Below, piece after piece: positions 8,576-16,301 of a stretch of 64,000 nucleotides of DNA (the first letter of the stretch is position 1; every line of letters starts with the position of its first letter). The position numbers and the translations under genes were made by a program. The notes under the pieces are model-generated. The model did no database searches. It was not told the origin of the DNA and saw only the letters and a program-made list of their open reading frames with translations. This DNA is from an uncultured Planctomycetia bacterium. GTDB lineage: Bacteria; Omnitrophota; Gorgyraeia; 1-14-0-20-64-10. Location: assembly GCA_964373715.1 (NCBI GenBank), contig CAYJVR010000002.1:5714-69713 (forward strand), in the 5' to 3' direction.

Positions 8576-10804
8576 CTACTTCGTGGTGGCTACGAATCTG
8601 CCGTCCCATTCTTTGCCGGGCGGGTTTGCCTCGTACAGCTCAATTCGCTCTCTGTAGAGGGCGTACAGCGCTTGAAGCCGCAGAGCGGGAGTTTCCAGTT
8701 TCCGGCATTCCTCGATAAGGCGCCGGGCGTCGTCCCAGCATTGTGTCCGGTAGGCCTCGAGCATCCGGTTGTGTTTGGCTTGCAGTTCCCGGAAAGAGTT
8801 CTCCGCATTTAAGAGGCTGTCTCCTAAAAGCGCGTAAATTCGAACAGGAAGGGTCTTTCCTTTCACGGTAATCAGGTCAATTTCCAGGCAGGCGTAATCG
8901 CCCGCCTGCTCCCGGCTCTGGTCTCCGAGGATAATATCCACGCCGTGCGTCTTGGATTGGCTTTCCAAACGGGAAGCCAGGTTGACGGTGTCTCCAAGCA
9001 CCGAGTAGTCGAATCGCTGATCCGACCCCATGTTCCCGACGCAGCAGGTTCCCGTGTTAATGCCGATTCCGATATGGACCGGCATCCACGATCTGCCGAG
9101 CGACTGCGCCTGGGCCGCCTGTTCTTTGTTCCACGCGATCAAGGTTTTCCGCATTTCAAGGGCCGCGTTACAGGCATGGCGGGCGTGTTCCGGGTCTTCC
9201 AGAGGGGCGTTCCAGAACGCCATGATGCAGTCGCCGATGTATTTATCAATCGTTCCGCTGTGTTTTAAGATAATGTTGGTCATAGGCGTCAGAAAGCGGT
9301 TCATGAATTGCGTGAGGCCCTGAGCGTCGAATTGTTCCGACAGGGTGGTGAATCTGCGGATATCCAGGAAAAGCAGCGTCATCGTTTTCAATTCCCCGCC
9401 CAGACGCAGCTGCTCGGGGTGTTCGGCGAGACGTTTGACGAGAACGGGAGAGAGATAACGGCCGAAAGCCTGGCGCACCTGCCGGCGCTCCATTTCCGTT
9501 TGCCAGGAGATGATGATGGAAGTCGCGAGATAAATGCTGACGGCTGTCAGGGAAGGGAAGACCGGATCCAGGAGCCAATGGTTTTTTGTGAACGCCAGCC
9601 AGGATCCCGCGTATGCGCCGGCGACAGCCAGCACGCCCGCGAGCGCGCACCAGAGAGGGCCTAAGCGGGGCAGCAGGAGGATAAGCCCGATTCCCGTCGC
9701 CACGAGAAAAAGCAATTCAGCCCCCGGCGCCCAGTCCGGGCGGTGGAGAAATTCGCTCGAAAGGGTCTGTTCAATCAATTGGGCGTGGACCTCCGTCCCG
9801 CCGGCCGCCGGATTAAGAGGCGTTGCCCGTATGTCTTTCAGCCCGGCAGCGCTGCTTCCGATAAAAACGATCTTCCCTTCAACAAGGGACCGGTCAAAAT
9901 CCCCGGTGAAAACGGTCCAGGCCGGAACGAAGCGGGCGGCCGCCGGGCCGGTGTCGTAGATCCAGACGCGGCCCTGCTCATCCGTTGGAATCTCGAAGGA
10001 ACCGATCTTGACCGCCACAATGCCGGTTTGGGCCCCTCCGCCCGTTTCGCCGCTTCCCTCGGAGGATTTCACCGTGATCGTCGAAGTTCCCTGCGCCACG
10101 CGCAGCGCTTCGGCCGCCAGGGAGGGGTAAAGAGAGTCGCCGAGGCGCAAAAACAGAGGGACGCGCCGAAGGATCCCGTCCCTTTCCGGCAGGATGTTGA
10201 AATGGCCGTTCCCTTTGGCCGCCTTTTCCAGCTCCGGAAGATTCACGACGGCCCCGCTAAGTCTTGGGACGAATAGAAGAGGATTGTCTCCGCCGTAAGC
10301 GATCCCTGTTTTTAATGCGGGTGTTTGGCCGTTTGGCTCGCTGGATAACACGAATCCGCAGACGACGTTCCCGTTGGAAATCGTTTGAGCGAGAAGCCGG
10401 TCATGGTCGGGCAATTCCCGCGCGGCGGCCTCCAGCGCCGGCGCGGCGGGCCAGAAGGCGATGGCTTGAGAGGGAGAAGTCCGGTCCGGCTCGGAAAAAA
10501 CGATATCGAGAGCAACGACGGCGGCATCCGCCTCATAAAGGCGGCCGATAAGTTTCGCCACCTGGGTGCGCGGCCACGGCCATTGCCCGAGGCGCTTGAG
10601 GCTTTCATCGTTCAGATCCACCACGCATACGGCGGTTTTTTCGAAGGAGCGTGGTTTCAGGTGTTGGAACGTGTCGAAGATCTTAAATCGCGCGTCTTCC
10701 AAAAGGGGAGGATCGGCGATTCGCAGGATTGCCGAGGCGAGGAGGATCAGCGCAGGAAGCAACCACCGCGACCACCGTCCCGATAGCCGGAATGCGCGAG
10801 TCAT
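8576..10804 (-). CDS. CHASE2 sensor-domain class III adenylate/guanylate cyclase
   Basis: N-terminal TM, then CHASE2 signature (VCVVDLNDESLKRLGQWPWPRTQVAKLI...ALDIVFSEPD), TM block, then the cyclase catalytic core (LTLLFLDIRRFTTLSE, GDCIMAFWNAP, IGINTGTCCVGNMGS...LGDTVNLASRLES), then a ~100-aa helical C-terminal extension. Confidence 0.8.
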   Translation of the reverse strand: MTRAFRLSGRWSRWLLPALILLASAILRIADPPLLEDARFKIFDTFQHLKPRSFEKTAVCVVDLNDESLKRLGQWPWPRTQVAKLIGRLYEADAAVVALDIVFSEPDRTSPSQAIAFWPAAPALEAAARELPDHDRLLAQTISNGNVVCGFVLSSEPNGQTPALKTGIAYGGDNPLLFVPRLSGAVVNLPELEKAAKGNGHFNILPERDGILRRVPLFLRLGDSLYPSLAAEALRVAQGTSTITVKSSEGSGETGGGAQTGIVAVKIGSFEIPTDEQGRVWIYDTGPAAARFVPAWTVFTGDFDRSLVEGKIVFIGSSAAGLKDIRATPLNPAAGGTEVHAQLIEQTLSSEFLHRPDWAPGAELLFLVATGIGLILLLPRLGPLWCALAGVLAVAGAYAGSWLAFTKNHWLLDPVFPSLTAVSIYLATSIIISWQTEMERRQVRQAFGRYLSPVLVKRLAEHPEQLRLGGELKTMTLLFLDIRRFTTLSEQFDAQGLTQFMNRFLTPMTNIILKHSGTIDKYIGDCIMAFWNAPLEDPEHARHACNAALEMRKTLIAWNKEQAAQAQSLGRSWMPVHIGIGINTGTCCVGNMGSDQRFDYSVLGDTVNLASRLESQSKTHGVDIILGDQSREQAGDYACLEIDLITVKGKTLPVRIYALLGDSLLNAENSFRELQAKHNRMLEAYRTQCWDDARRLIEECRKLETPALRLQALYALYRERIELYEANPPGKEWDGRFVATTK

Positions 10805-11535
10805 TCCAGATGTGTTTTAAAGGCCAGCTCCAAATCGTCGAGCATGAAGCCCTTTATGGAGAAAGAGACGCCTTCCGTGAAAGCGCCGAGAATCGCCAGC
10901 GCGTTCGGGTTGGCGTCGCCTTTCGTTGCGGACCTTATCCGGTGCGCGAAACCTTCGTTGACCTTTTGGATCTGGCTGTACATCTGTTCGAGCTGGGCCA
11001 GCGTCCAATCCGCTGGCTTGCCGTTTTTTGCTCTCAGATACTGGGCCATCAGGTACATCGACAAAATCCTGAATTGGGTTTCTTTCAAATCCGAGAAGGG
11101 AAGGTGGTGGCGGATGAGAGGCTTCAGTTTGCTTGTCACAGGACAGCCGCTGGCGGCCATCAAAAGCCCGATAAGCCCGCTTAAGGCTTTTTGCAGAGGG
11201 GTCAGCTTTTCATAAACCCGCTCGGGCCCCTCCACGCGGACAAGGACTTTGTCATAAGAGATGGCGGAAGCAAAAAATTCCACGACGTCCACAATACTCA
11301 CGGCGGCCGGGCACCGGGGCGAGTCCTGTTCATTCAGCGGGCAGTTCGCGCATTGGCGGTAAGAGAGCTTAGTCCACTCCGGAAGGGAGGTTTTCTCCGG
11401 GAACAGAAGGCTCAGGGATGCTTTTTCCAGATGGACGGAGAACGCTTTTGTTTCTCCCGAGGGGAGCTTAAAAATATATTTATAGCTGAGAGCTTCCTCC
11501 GGCTTCTTTTTTGGCGCGCTCAACGGTTCGTCCAT
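10801..11535 (-). CDS. Hypothetical soluble protein with paired-Cys motifs (CANCP...RCP...GCP), translationally coupled to the cyclase
   Basis: 244-aa ORF; its stop overlaps the cyclase ATG (ATGA) and its start overlaps the MBL gene by 16 nt; no TM segments; no family I recognise. Confidence 0.5.
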   Translation of the reverse strand: MDEPLSAPKKKPEEALSYKYIFKLPSGETKAFSVHLEKASLSLLFPEKTSLPEWTKLSYRQCANCPLNEQDSPRCPAAVSIVDVVEFFASAISYDKVLVRVEGPERVYEKLTPLQKALSGLIGLLMAASGCPVTSKLKPLIRHHLPFSDLKETQFRILSMYLMAQYLRAKNGKPADWTLAQLEQMYSQIQKVNEGFAHRIRSATKGDANPNALAILGAFTEGVSFSIKGFMLDDLELAFKTHLE

Positions 11536-12362
11536 GTTTTATCTCCCGCCAAGTCCAGAGCCAAATTTCCGGAAGCGGCCATTGTGTTTGGAAAGATTTT
11601 CCGGGTTTTTTCAACGATGTCGTCGATTTCCTCGTCCGATCGGCCGGGGTCGTGCGAGGTCAAAATAAGTTTCTGAACGCCCGCTTCCGCCGCGGTCCGT
11701 GCAGCCATCTCCCAGGTGCTGTGGCCCCAGCCGATCCTCTGTGGAAATTCTTCGGGGGTGTACTGGGCATCGTGAATCAGCGTGCCGGCTCCGCGGCAGA
11801 ATTCGAGGAATTTTCCGTCGAGGCCGGGGTCCCCCGGTTCCCGGTCTGTGGCCAGTACGAGCGTGTGGTCTTGGCCGGACAGTTTATAGCTCAGGCATCC
11901 CTGCGGATGGCGCACCGGGCACCAGGAAACGCGGATGCCGTAGAGGTCCATGCGGCTGCTTTTATCGGGCAAAGGTTTGAACTGGACCGATGCCCCCGAA
12001 TTCAGCAGAGGGACAGGCCAAAAAGGTTTTTCGGCGAATGTCTTGACAGCGGTCACCCAGTCCTTCAGGACGGCTGAGTCGGCCATGAATGTCACCTGGG
12101 CGCCGGGCGTCAGAAAAGGTTTAAACGCGGTGATTCCCAGAATATGGTCCAGATGGACATGCGTCAGGAGAATGGTGATCGGCGGGAGACTGTTTCGGCC
12201 GCATAAGGCATCGCTTAGAGAGGAGATCCCCGTCCCCGCGTCCAGCACAATAAGCCCGGAAGGGGTTTCCAGGCTCACGCAGGGGGTGTGCCCGCCATAC
12301 CGGAGGTACTCTTTACCGGATACCGGGCTGCTACCTCGGGCGCCGTGAATGGTGATCTTCAC
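11520..12362 (-). CDS. MBL-fold metallo-hydrolase, class II cyclic-nucleotide phosphodiesterase-like (HxHLDH)
   Basis: THVHLDHILGI matches the metallo-beta-lactamase H-x-H-x-D-H zinc site and, as I recall it, the class II PDE signature HxHLDH[LIVM]xG[LIVMA]; N-terminal beta-strand MKITIHGARGS...LIVLDAGTG is typical of the MBL fold; first gene of the cyclase operon. Confidence 0.5.
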   Translation of the reverse strand: MKITIHGARGSSPVSGKEYLRYGGHTPCVSLETPSGLIVLDAGTGISSLSDALCGRNSLPPITILLTHVHLDHILGITAFKPFLTPGAQVTFMADSAVLKDWVTAVKTFAEKPFWPVPLLNSGASVQFKPLPDKSSRMDLYGIRVSWCPVRHPQGCLSYKLSGQDHTLVLATDREPGDPGLDGKFLEFCRGAGTLIHDAQYTPEEFPQRIGWGHSTWEMAARTAAEAGVQKLILTSHDPGRSDEEIDDIVEKTRKIFPNTMAASGNLALDLAGDKTWTNR

Positions 12363-12458
12363 GAGAAAAACTATACACCGGAACTATCCTCTCCGTGAAG
12401 TAATTTCAAAAGGATTCGCGGCTGCCCCCTCAAAATTCTGGTTGAGCACTCAATAGTT

Positions 12459-13214
12459 GTGATATACAGTTATATTATGTCGCAGGAGCACGTAAGCCCG
12501 TACAGCGTGATGACGTCCGACCGGACCCGGATCGTTTTCGATTTGTATCGTCACGGGCGGGGGAGCGGGACGGTTTTGGTGATTTGCCCGGGTTTCTTAC
12601 AGAATAAAGGAACAGGAATCTTCCAAAGGCTTTGCCGCGATTTGGCCCGAGATCAGGATGTGATCTGTGTTGATTTCCGCGGGCACGGAAGGTCCGGCGG
12701 ACTTTACACCTTTTCGGCCCGGGAAGGGGAGGATCTGGAGGCTGTTTTGCGGTGGGCGCGGGACCGCTACAAACGGATCCGGCTCATCGGGTTTTCTCTC
12801 GGCGCGGCGGTTTCGATCAACACGGTGCGGCGCTTCTCGGGCCAGGTGGAAAAACTGGTTGCCGTCAGCGCGCCGGCCAGATTTGAGGATATCGAACTGC
12901 GGGTCTGGACCCCCGGGGTTTTTATGGAGGGGGCGCAGGTATGGGACTTCAAAATGGGCTGCCGCCCAAGCTACCCCTGGTTCAAAAAAGAGAAGCCGAT
13001 AGAGAACATTCATCGCTTGGGGTCCCTTCCCGTGCTGTTGATCCACGGATCGGATGACTGGGTCATTTCCCACCGGCACAGCCGCCGCCTTTTTGCCCGG
13101 GCGAAGAAACCCAAACAATTGGAGATCGTTAAACGCGGCGGTCACGCGGAAGAAATTTACCGCCGCCATCCGGAGTGGTTCCTCTCTGTTGTCCGCCGGT
13201 GGTTTTCGGAATGA
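12459..13214 (+). CDS. Alpha/beta-fold hydrolase
   Basis: GFSLG nucleophile elbow; HGSDD; C-terminal GGH. The true start may be an internal Met (MSQEH / MTSDR). Confidence 0.6.
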   Translation: MIYSYIMSQEHVSPYSVMTSDRTRIVFDLYRHGRGSGTVLVICPGFLQNKGTGIFQRLCRDLARDQDVICVDFRGHGRSGGLYTFSAREGEDLEAVLRWARDRYKRIRLIGFSLGAAVSINTVRRFSGQVEKLVAVSAPARFEDIELRVWTPGVFMEGAQVWDFKMGCRPSYPWFKKEKPIENIHRLGSLPVLLIHGSDDWVISHRHSRRLFARAKKPKQLEIVKRGGHAEEIYRRHPEWFLSVVRRWFSE

Positions 13215-13711
13215 ACACACGCTCCTTTTTGCAAGGGTTGGGATATCCGGTGGAGAAGCCGAAAATCGCCGATGAAGCTCTTTACGGCGTTGTGTGGCTG
13301 GCCGGCGTCGCCCAGAAAGAGGTGACGAAGGTTTTGAGAACGTACCGGTTGACGCCGGTGAAATTCAACTATCTGATGATCGTCAAGCATATCGGCGGAC
13401 CAGAGGGGCTTTCTCAGAGGGAAATCGCGCAGAGGCTTTTGATCGACGCCGGCAATGTTGCCCATGTGCTGGACGATTTGGAGCGCAGGGACTGGGTTGT
13501 CCGGGAAGCCGGGCCGGATAAGAGGTCCAACCGGATCAGGATCACCGCCAAAGGGGATAAACTGCTTGATGAAGCTTGGCCTGCCTATAAGGCGGTTATC
13601 CGCCGGTTGACCGGCGGATTGCAGGAGACAGCCCATAAGCGGTTGGTGGAAGCCTTGAACGAATGGCGCGACACATTAAAAACCTGCGGCGGTGAGAAAT
13701 CAGGAGGGTAA
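13211..13711 (+). CDS. MarR-family transcriptional regulator
   Basis: Winged-HTH pattern (LTPVKFNYLMIV...GLSQREIAQRLLIDAGNVAHVLDDLERRDWVVRE...DKRSNRIRITAKG); ATG 13211 overlaps the upstream stop (ATGA). Confidence 0.6.
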   Translation: MNTRSFLQGLGYPVEKPKIADEALYGVVWLAGVAQKEVTKVLRTYRLTPVKFNYLMIVKHIGGPEGLSQREIAQRLLIDAGNVAHVLDDLERRDWVVREAGPDKRSNRIRITAKGDKLLDEAWPAYKAVIRRLTGGLQETAHKRLVEALNEWRDTLKTCGGEKSGG

Positions 13712-13715
13712 GGCG

Positions 13716-14354
13716 ATGGCGCTTTACGACGTCAAACCGAAGTTCCGGCAGTTATTAAGCAGATTGCTGCCCTGGCTCGAGCCGGTTCATCCCGATGTTT
13801 TGACCTGGGGCGCTTTAGCCTGTTCCGTTGCCAGCGCAATTTTACTTTCCTGCGCCTACCGGCACCGCTGGCTTCTTCTCGTGATCCCGCTGTTGTTGTT
13901 CGTCCGGATCGCGCTGAATGCTCTGGATGGGCTGCTTGCCCAGGCGACAGGGAAAGCCAGACCGTTCGGAGAGGTTCTTAACGAAGCCACAGACCGTTTG
14001 GCCGACATGACGGTGCTTTTCGGAATCGCCTACTCCCCATTTTCTTCCATCCGGTGGGGCGCGCCGGCGGTAGCGGCCGTTCTTTTCTCCAGCTACATCG
14101 GCATTTTAGGCAAGGCGGTTGGGGCGGGCCGCCAGTACGGCGGCCTTTTTGGAAAAGCGGATAGAATGCTCTGGTTTGGGTTAGCCTGCCTGGCCGCTTA
14201 TTTCTTTGGGAACGCGACCCTGTTCAGGATACCCCGCGGACCGTCGGTGGAGCTGTTCGACGGACTGCTGGCGCTTTTCACGCCGATGGCCTGCCTGACT
14301 TCTCTCCAGAGGGTTTTCCAGATACATAAAACTCTTTCCGGGAGAGGGCCGTGA
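13716..14354 (+). CDS. CDP-alcohol phosphatidyltransferase family protein
   Basis: Motif D-G-x2-A-R-x8-G-x3-D-x3-D (NALDGLLAQATGKARPFGEVLNEATDRLAD); multi-TM; AGGAGGG SD 7 nt before ATG 13716 (track ORF begins GTG 13692). Confidence 0.65.
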   Translation: MALYDVKPKFRQLLSRLLPWLEPVHPDVLTWGALACSVASAILLSCAYRHRWLLLVIPLLLFVRIALNALDGLLAQATGKARPFGEVLNEATDRLADMTVLFGIAYSPFSSIRWGAPAVAAVLFSSYIGILGKAVGAGRQYGGLFGKADRMLWFGLACLAAYFFGNATLFRIPRGPSVELFDGLLALFTPMACLTSLQRVFQIHKTLSGRGP

Positions 14355-15283
14355 GCGGAAGTTTTCAGTTTGCCGAGCCGGTCTATCTGGTTTACGCCAA
14401 GATTTGGATCGGTCTGCTGGCGGTCGGCGGATTGATTTTAGGAGCGCTGCGCCTGTTCCTCGGCCGAGGCAATCCGACCGTTGCCGCCGCCTGGCTGACG
14501 TACCGCTCCTGGTGGATTATCCTTCCTCTGATGGCGGTTCCGTTAGGGCTGGGAAGGCCGGCCGTGATTTTAGCGGTGATGGCTCTCTCCCTTCTCTGTT
14601 TTAAAGAGTTTGCCCGGGCCACCGGCCTTTACCGGGACTGGTTTTTTACCGGCGCCGTTTACTTGGCGATCCTCCTCCTGACGTACCTAGTCTGGATCCG
14701 GTGGTACGGCATGTTTCTCGTCTGGCCGGTCTACGTAATTGCACTGGCCTGGATGATCCCGGTCTTGCGCAACAGGACCGAAGGGATGATTCAGAAGGTC
14801 TCGTTAAGCATTGTCGGCTTCCTCTACTTCGGCTGGTTCCTGGGGCATCTCGGTTATTTCGCCAATGTCAAAGAAGGACTCGCTTATCTGCTGTTTTTAA
14901 CGCTGGCGGTTTCGCTGAACGACATCGCCGCCTATACCATGGGAAAGCTGTTCGGCCGCAGTCCGTTAGCTTCCAACGTGAGTCCCCGGAAAACCTGGGA
15001 AGGGGCGATCGGCTGCGTGTTTGTAACCGGGGCGGTGGTGTGGTCTTTGTGTCCGCTGTTGCCCGGGTTCGGCACCCTGCAGAAGGTTTTGGCCGCGCTG
15101 ATTGTCGGGGTCGGCGGCCAGTTCGGAGACCTGGTGATCAGCGTCATCAAGAGGGACATCGGTATCAAGGATATGGGATCGGTTTTTCCCGGGCACGGAG
15201 GGATGCTGGATCGTTTCGACAGCTTGATTTTCGTCTCGCCGTTGTTTTTCCACATGGTGGCCCACTTCACGCAGATCCGATGA
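14351..15283 (+). CDS. cdsA: Phosphatidate cytidylyltransferase (CDP-diglyceride synthase)
   Basis: CdsA signature SPRKTWEG...GDLVISVIKRDIGIKDMGSVFPGHGGMLDRFDS; GTG start overlaps the upstream stop (GTGA); polytopic membrane protein. Confidence 0.85.
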   Translation: MSGSFQFAEPVYLVYAKIWIGLLAVGGLILGALRLFLGRGNPTVAAAWLTYRSWWIILPLMAVPLGLGRPAVILAVMALSLLCFKEFARATGLYRDWFFTGAVYLAILLLTYLVWIRWYGMFLVWPVYVIALAWMIPVLRNRTEGMIQKVSLSIVGFLYFGWFLGHLGYFANVKEGLAYLLFLTLAVSLNDIAAYTMGKLFGRSPLASNVSPRKTWEGAIGCVFVTGAVVWSLCPLLPGFGTLQKVLAALIVGVGGQFGDLVISVIKRDIGIKDMGSVFPGHGGMLDRFDSLIFVSPLFFHMVAHFTQIR

Positions 15284-16017
15284 AACGCTGGGTTTATATC
15301 CCCTCCCCGCTGTTGGCGAAGAGCATCGAAGAGAGGCTTACCTCCTTCCCTCGGGAGCCGGATATCGCCGTCTACGGCCTGCGTTTCATCGGCGTCTTGG
15401 TCGAGAGGTTTGTCCTCGGCACCTACTTCCGGCTGCGGATTATCGGCAGAGAGAAGATACCTTCCGAGGGGCCTTTTGTTCTGGTCGCGAACCATTCCAG
15501 TCACCTTGATGCGGCGGTTTTGTCGGCTGTTTTGCGGCCCTCGCAGTGGTATCACGCCTACGCGGTGGCAGCGCAGGATTATTTCTTCCGGGATTTTTTC
15601 TGGGCGCTTATGGCGGTGGCGTTTACCAACGCGATGCCGTTCGACCGGAAAGGGGACCCGAAGAAGAGTTTGGAGTTGTGCGCCGATGTTCTGCAGGTGT
15701 CGAGAGAGGCAATCATACTGTTTCCGGAGGGGACCCGTTCGCCGGATGGTTCACTCCAGCAGTTTAAACCCGGGATAGGGAAGCTTGTCGCCGGCACCGA
15801 TACCCCGGTTATTCCTGCTTATATCCACGGAGCCCATGAAGCCTGGCCGAAAGGGCACCTGATGCCTCGGCCTAGGAGGGTGACGCTGATTATGGGAAAC
15901 CCGAGGCGGTATAAAGGGATTCCTTCCACAAAAGAGGGGAGCATCGCCGTTGCCGATGATTTAAGGAAAGCGGTCGTGAATTTGCGCGAATCGTATAAAG
16001 GCGGAATCGGCGGATGA
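15280..16017 (+). CDS. plsC: 1-acyl-sn-glycerol-3-phosphate acyltransferase
   Basis: NHSSHLDA (H-x4-D acyltransferase motif), FPEGTRS motif III; ATG overlaps the cdsA stop (ATGA). The track ORF 14701..16017 has a spurious N-terminal extension in the cdsA region. Confidence 0.8.
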   Translation: MKRWVYIPSPLLAKSIEERLTSFPREPDIAVYGLRFIGVLVERFVLGTYFRLRIIGREKIPSEGPFVLVANHSSHLDAAVLSAVLRPSQWYHAYAVAAQDYFFRDFFWALMAVAFTNAMPFDRKGDPKKSLELCADVLQVSREAIILFPEGTRSPDGSLQQFKPGIGKLVAGTDTPVIPAYIHGAHEAWPKGHLMPRPRRVTLIMGNPRRYKGIPSTKEGSIAVADDLRKAVVNLRESYKGGIGG

Positions 16018-16301
16018 GCTGGCTCGTCTATATGGTCAGGTGCAGGGACGGCTCCCTTTACACGGGGGTCACGACCGACACACAGCGCCGGGTCAAGGAG
16101 CACAATGCCGGGATCGGGGGCGCGTATACCCGGGCCAGGCGTCCGGTGAGGCTTATTTATCGAAAGAGGGTCAAGGATCGTTCCTCCGCGCTGAGGCGGG
16201 AAGCGGGGATCAAGCAACTCTCCCGGACGGAAAAGGAGGCCTTGCTGCTGTACAATGGGTTTCAAACAGGAAAGAGATTGGAAAAGAGAGGGCGGTGGTG
16301 A
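16014..16301 (+). CDS. GIY-YIG nuclease-domain protein (UPF0213/YhbQ-like)
   Basis: VYMVRC...GSLYTGVTTD...RRVKEHN = GIY...YIG...R...E/H-N motif set; 95 aa; start overlaps the plsC stop. Confidence 0.65.
   Translation: MSWLVYMVRCRDGSLYTGVTTDTQRRVKEHNAGIGGAYTRARRPVRLIYRKRVKDRSSALRREAGIKQLSRTEKEALLLYNGFQTGKRLEKRGRW

Noticed and set aside
14701-15279. N-terminal 190 codons of the 438-aa track ORF (14701..16017)
   Set aside because: They overlap cdsA in another frame and are Arg/Gly-rich nonsense. The plsC motifs begin only after ATG 15280, which overlaps the cdsA stop.
16040-16294. N-terminal part of the 301-aa track ORF preceding msrA
   Set aside because: It overlaps the GIY-YIG gene out of frame. 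MsrA homology begins near GTG 16295 / ATG 16397.
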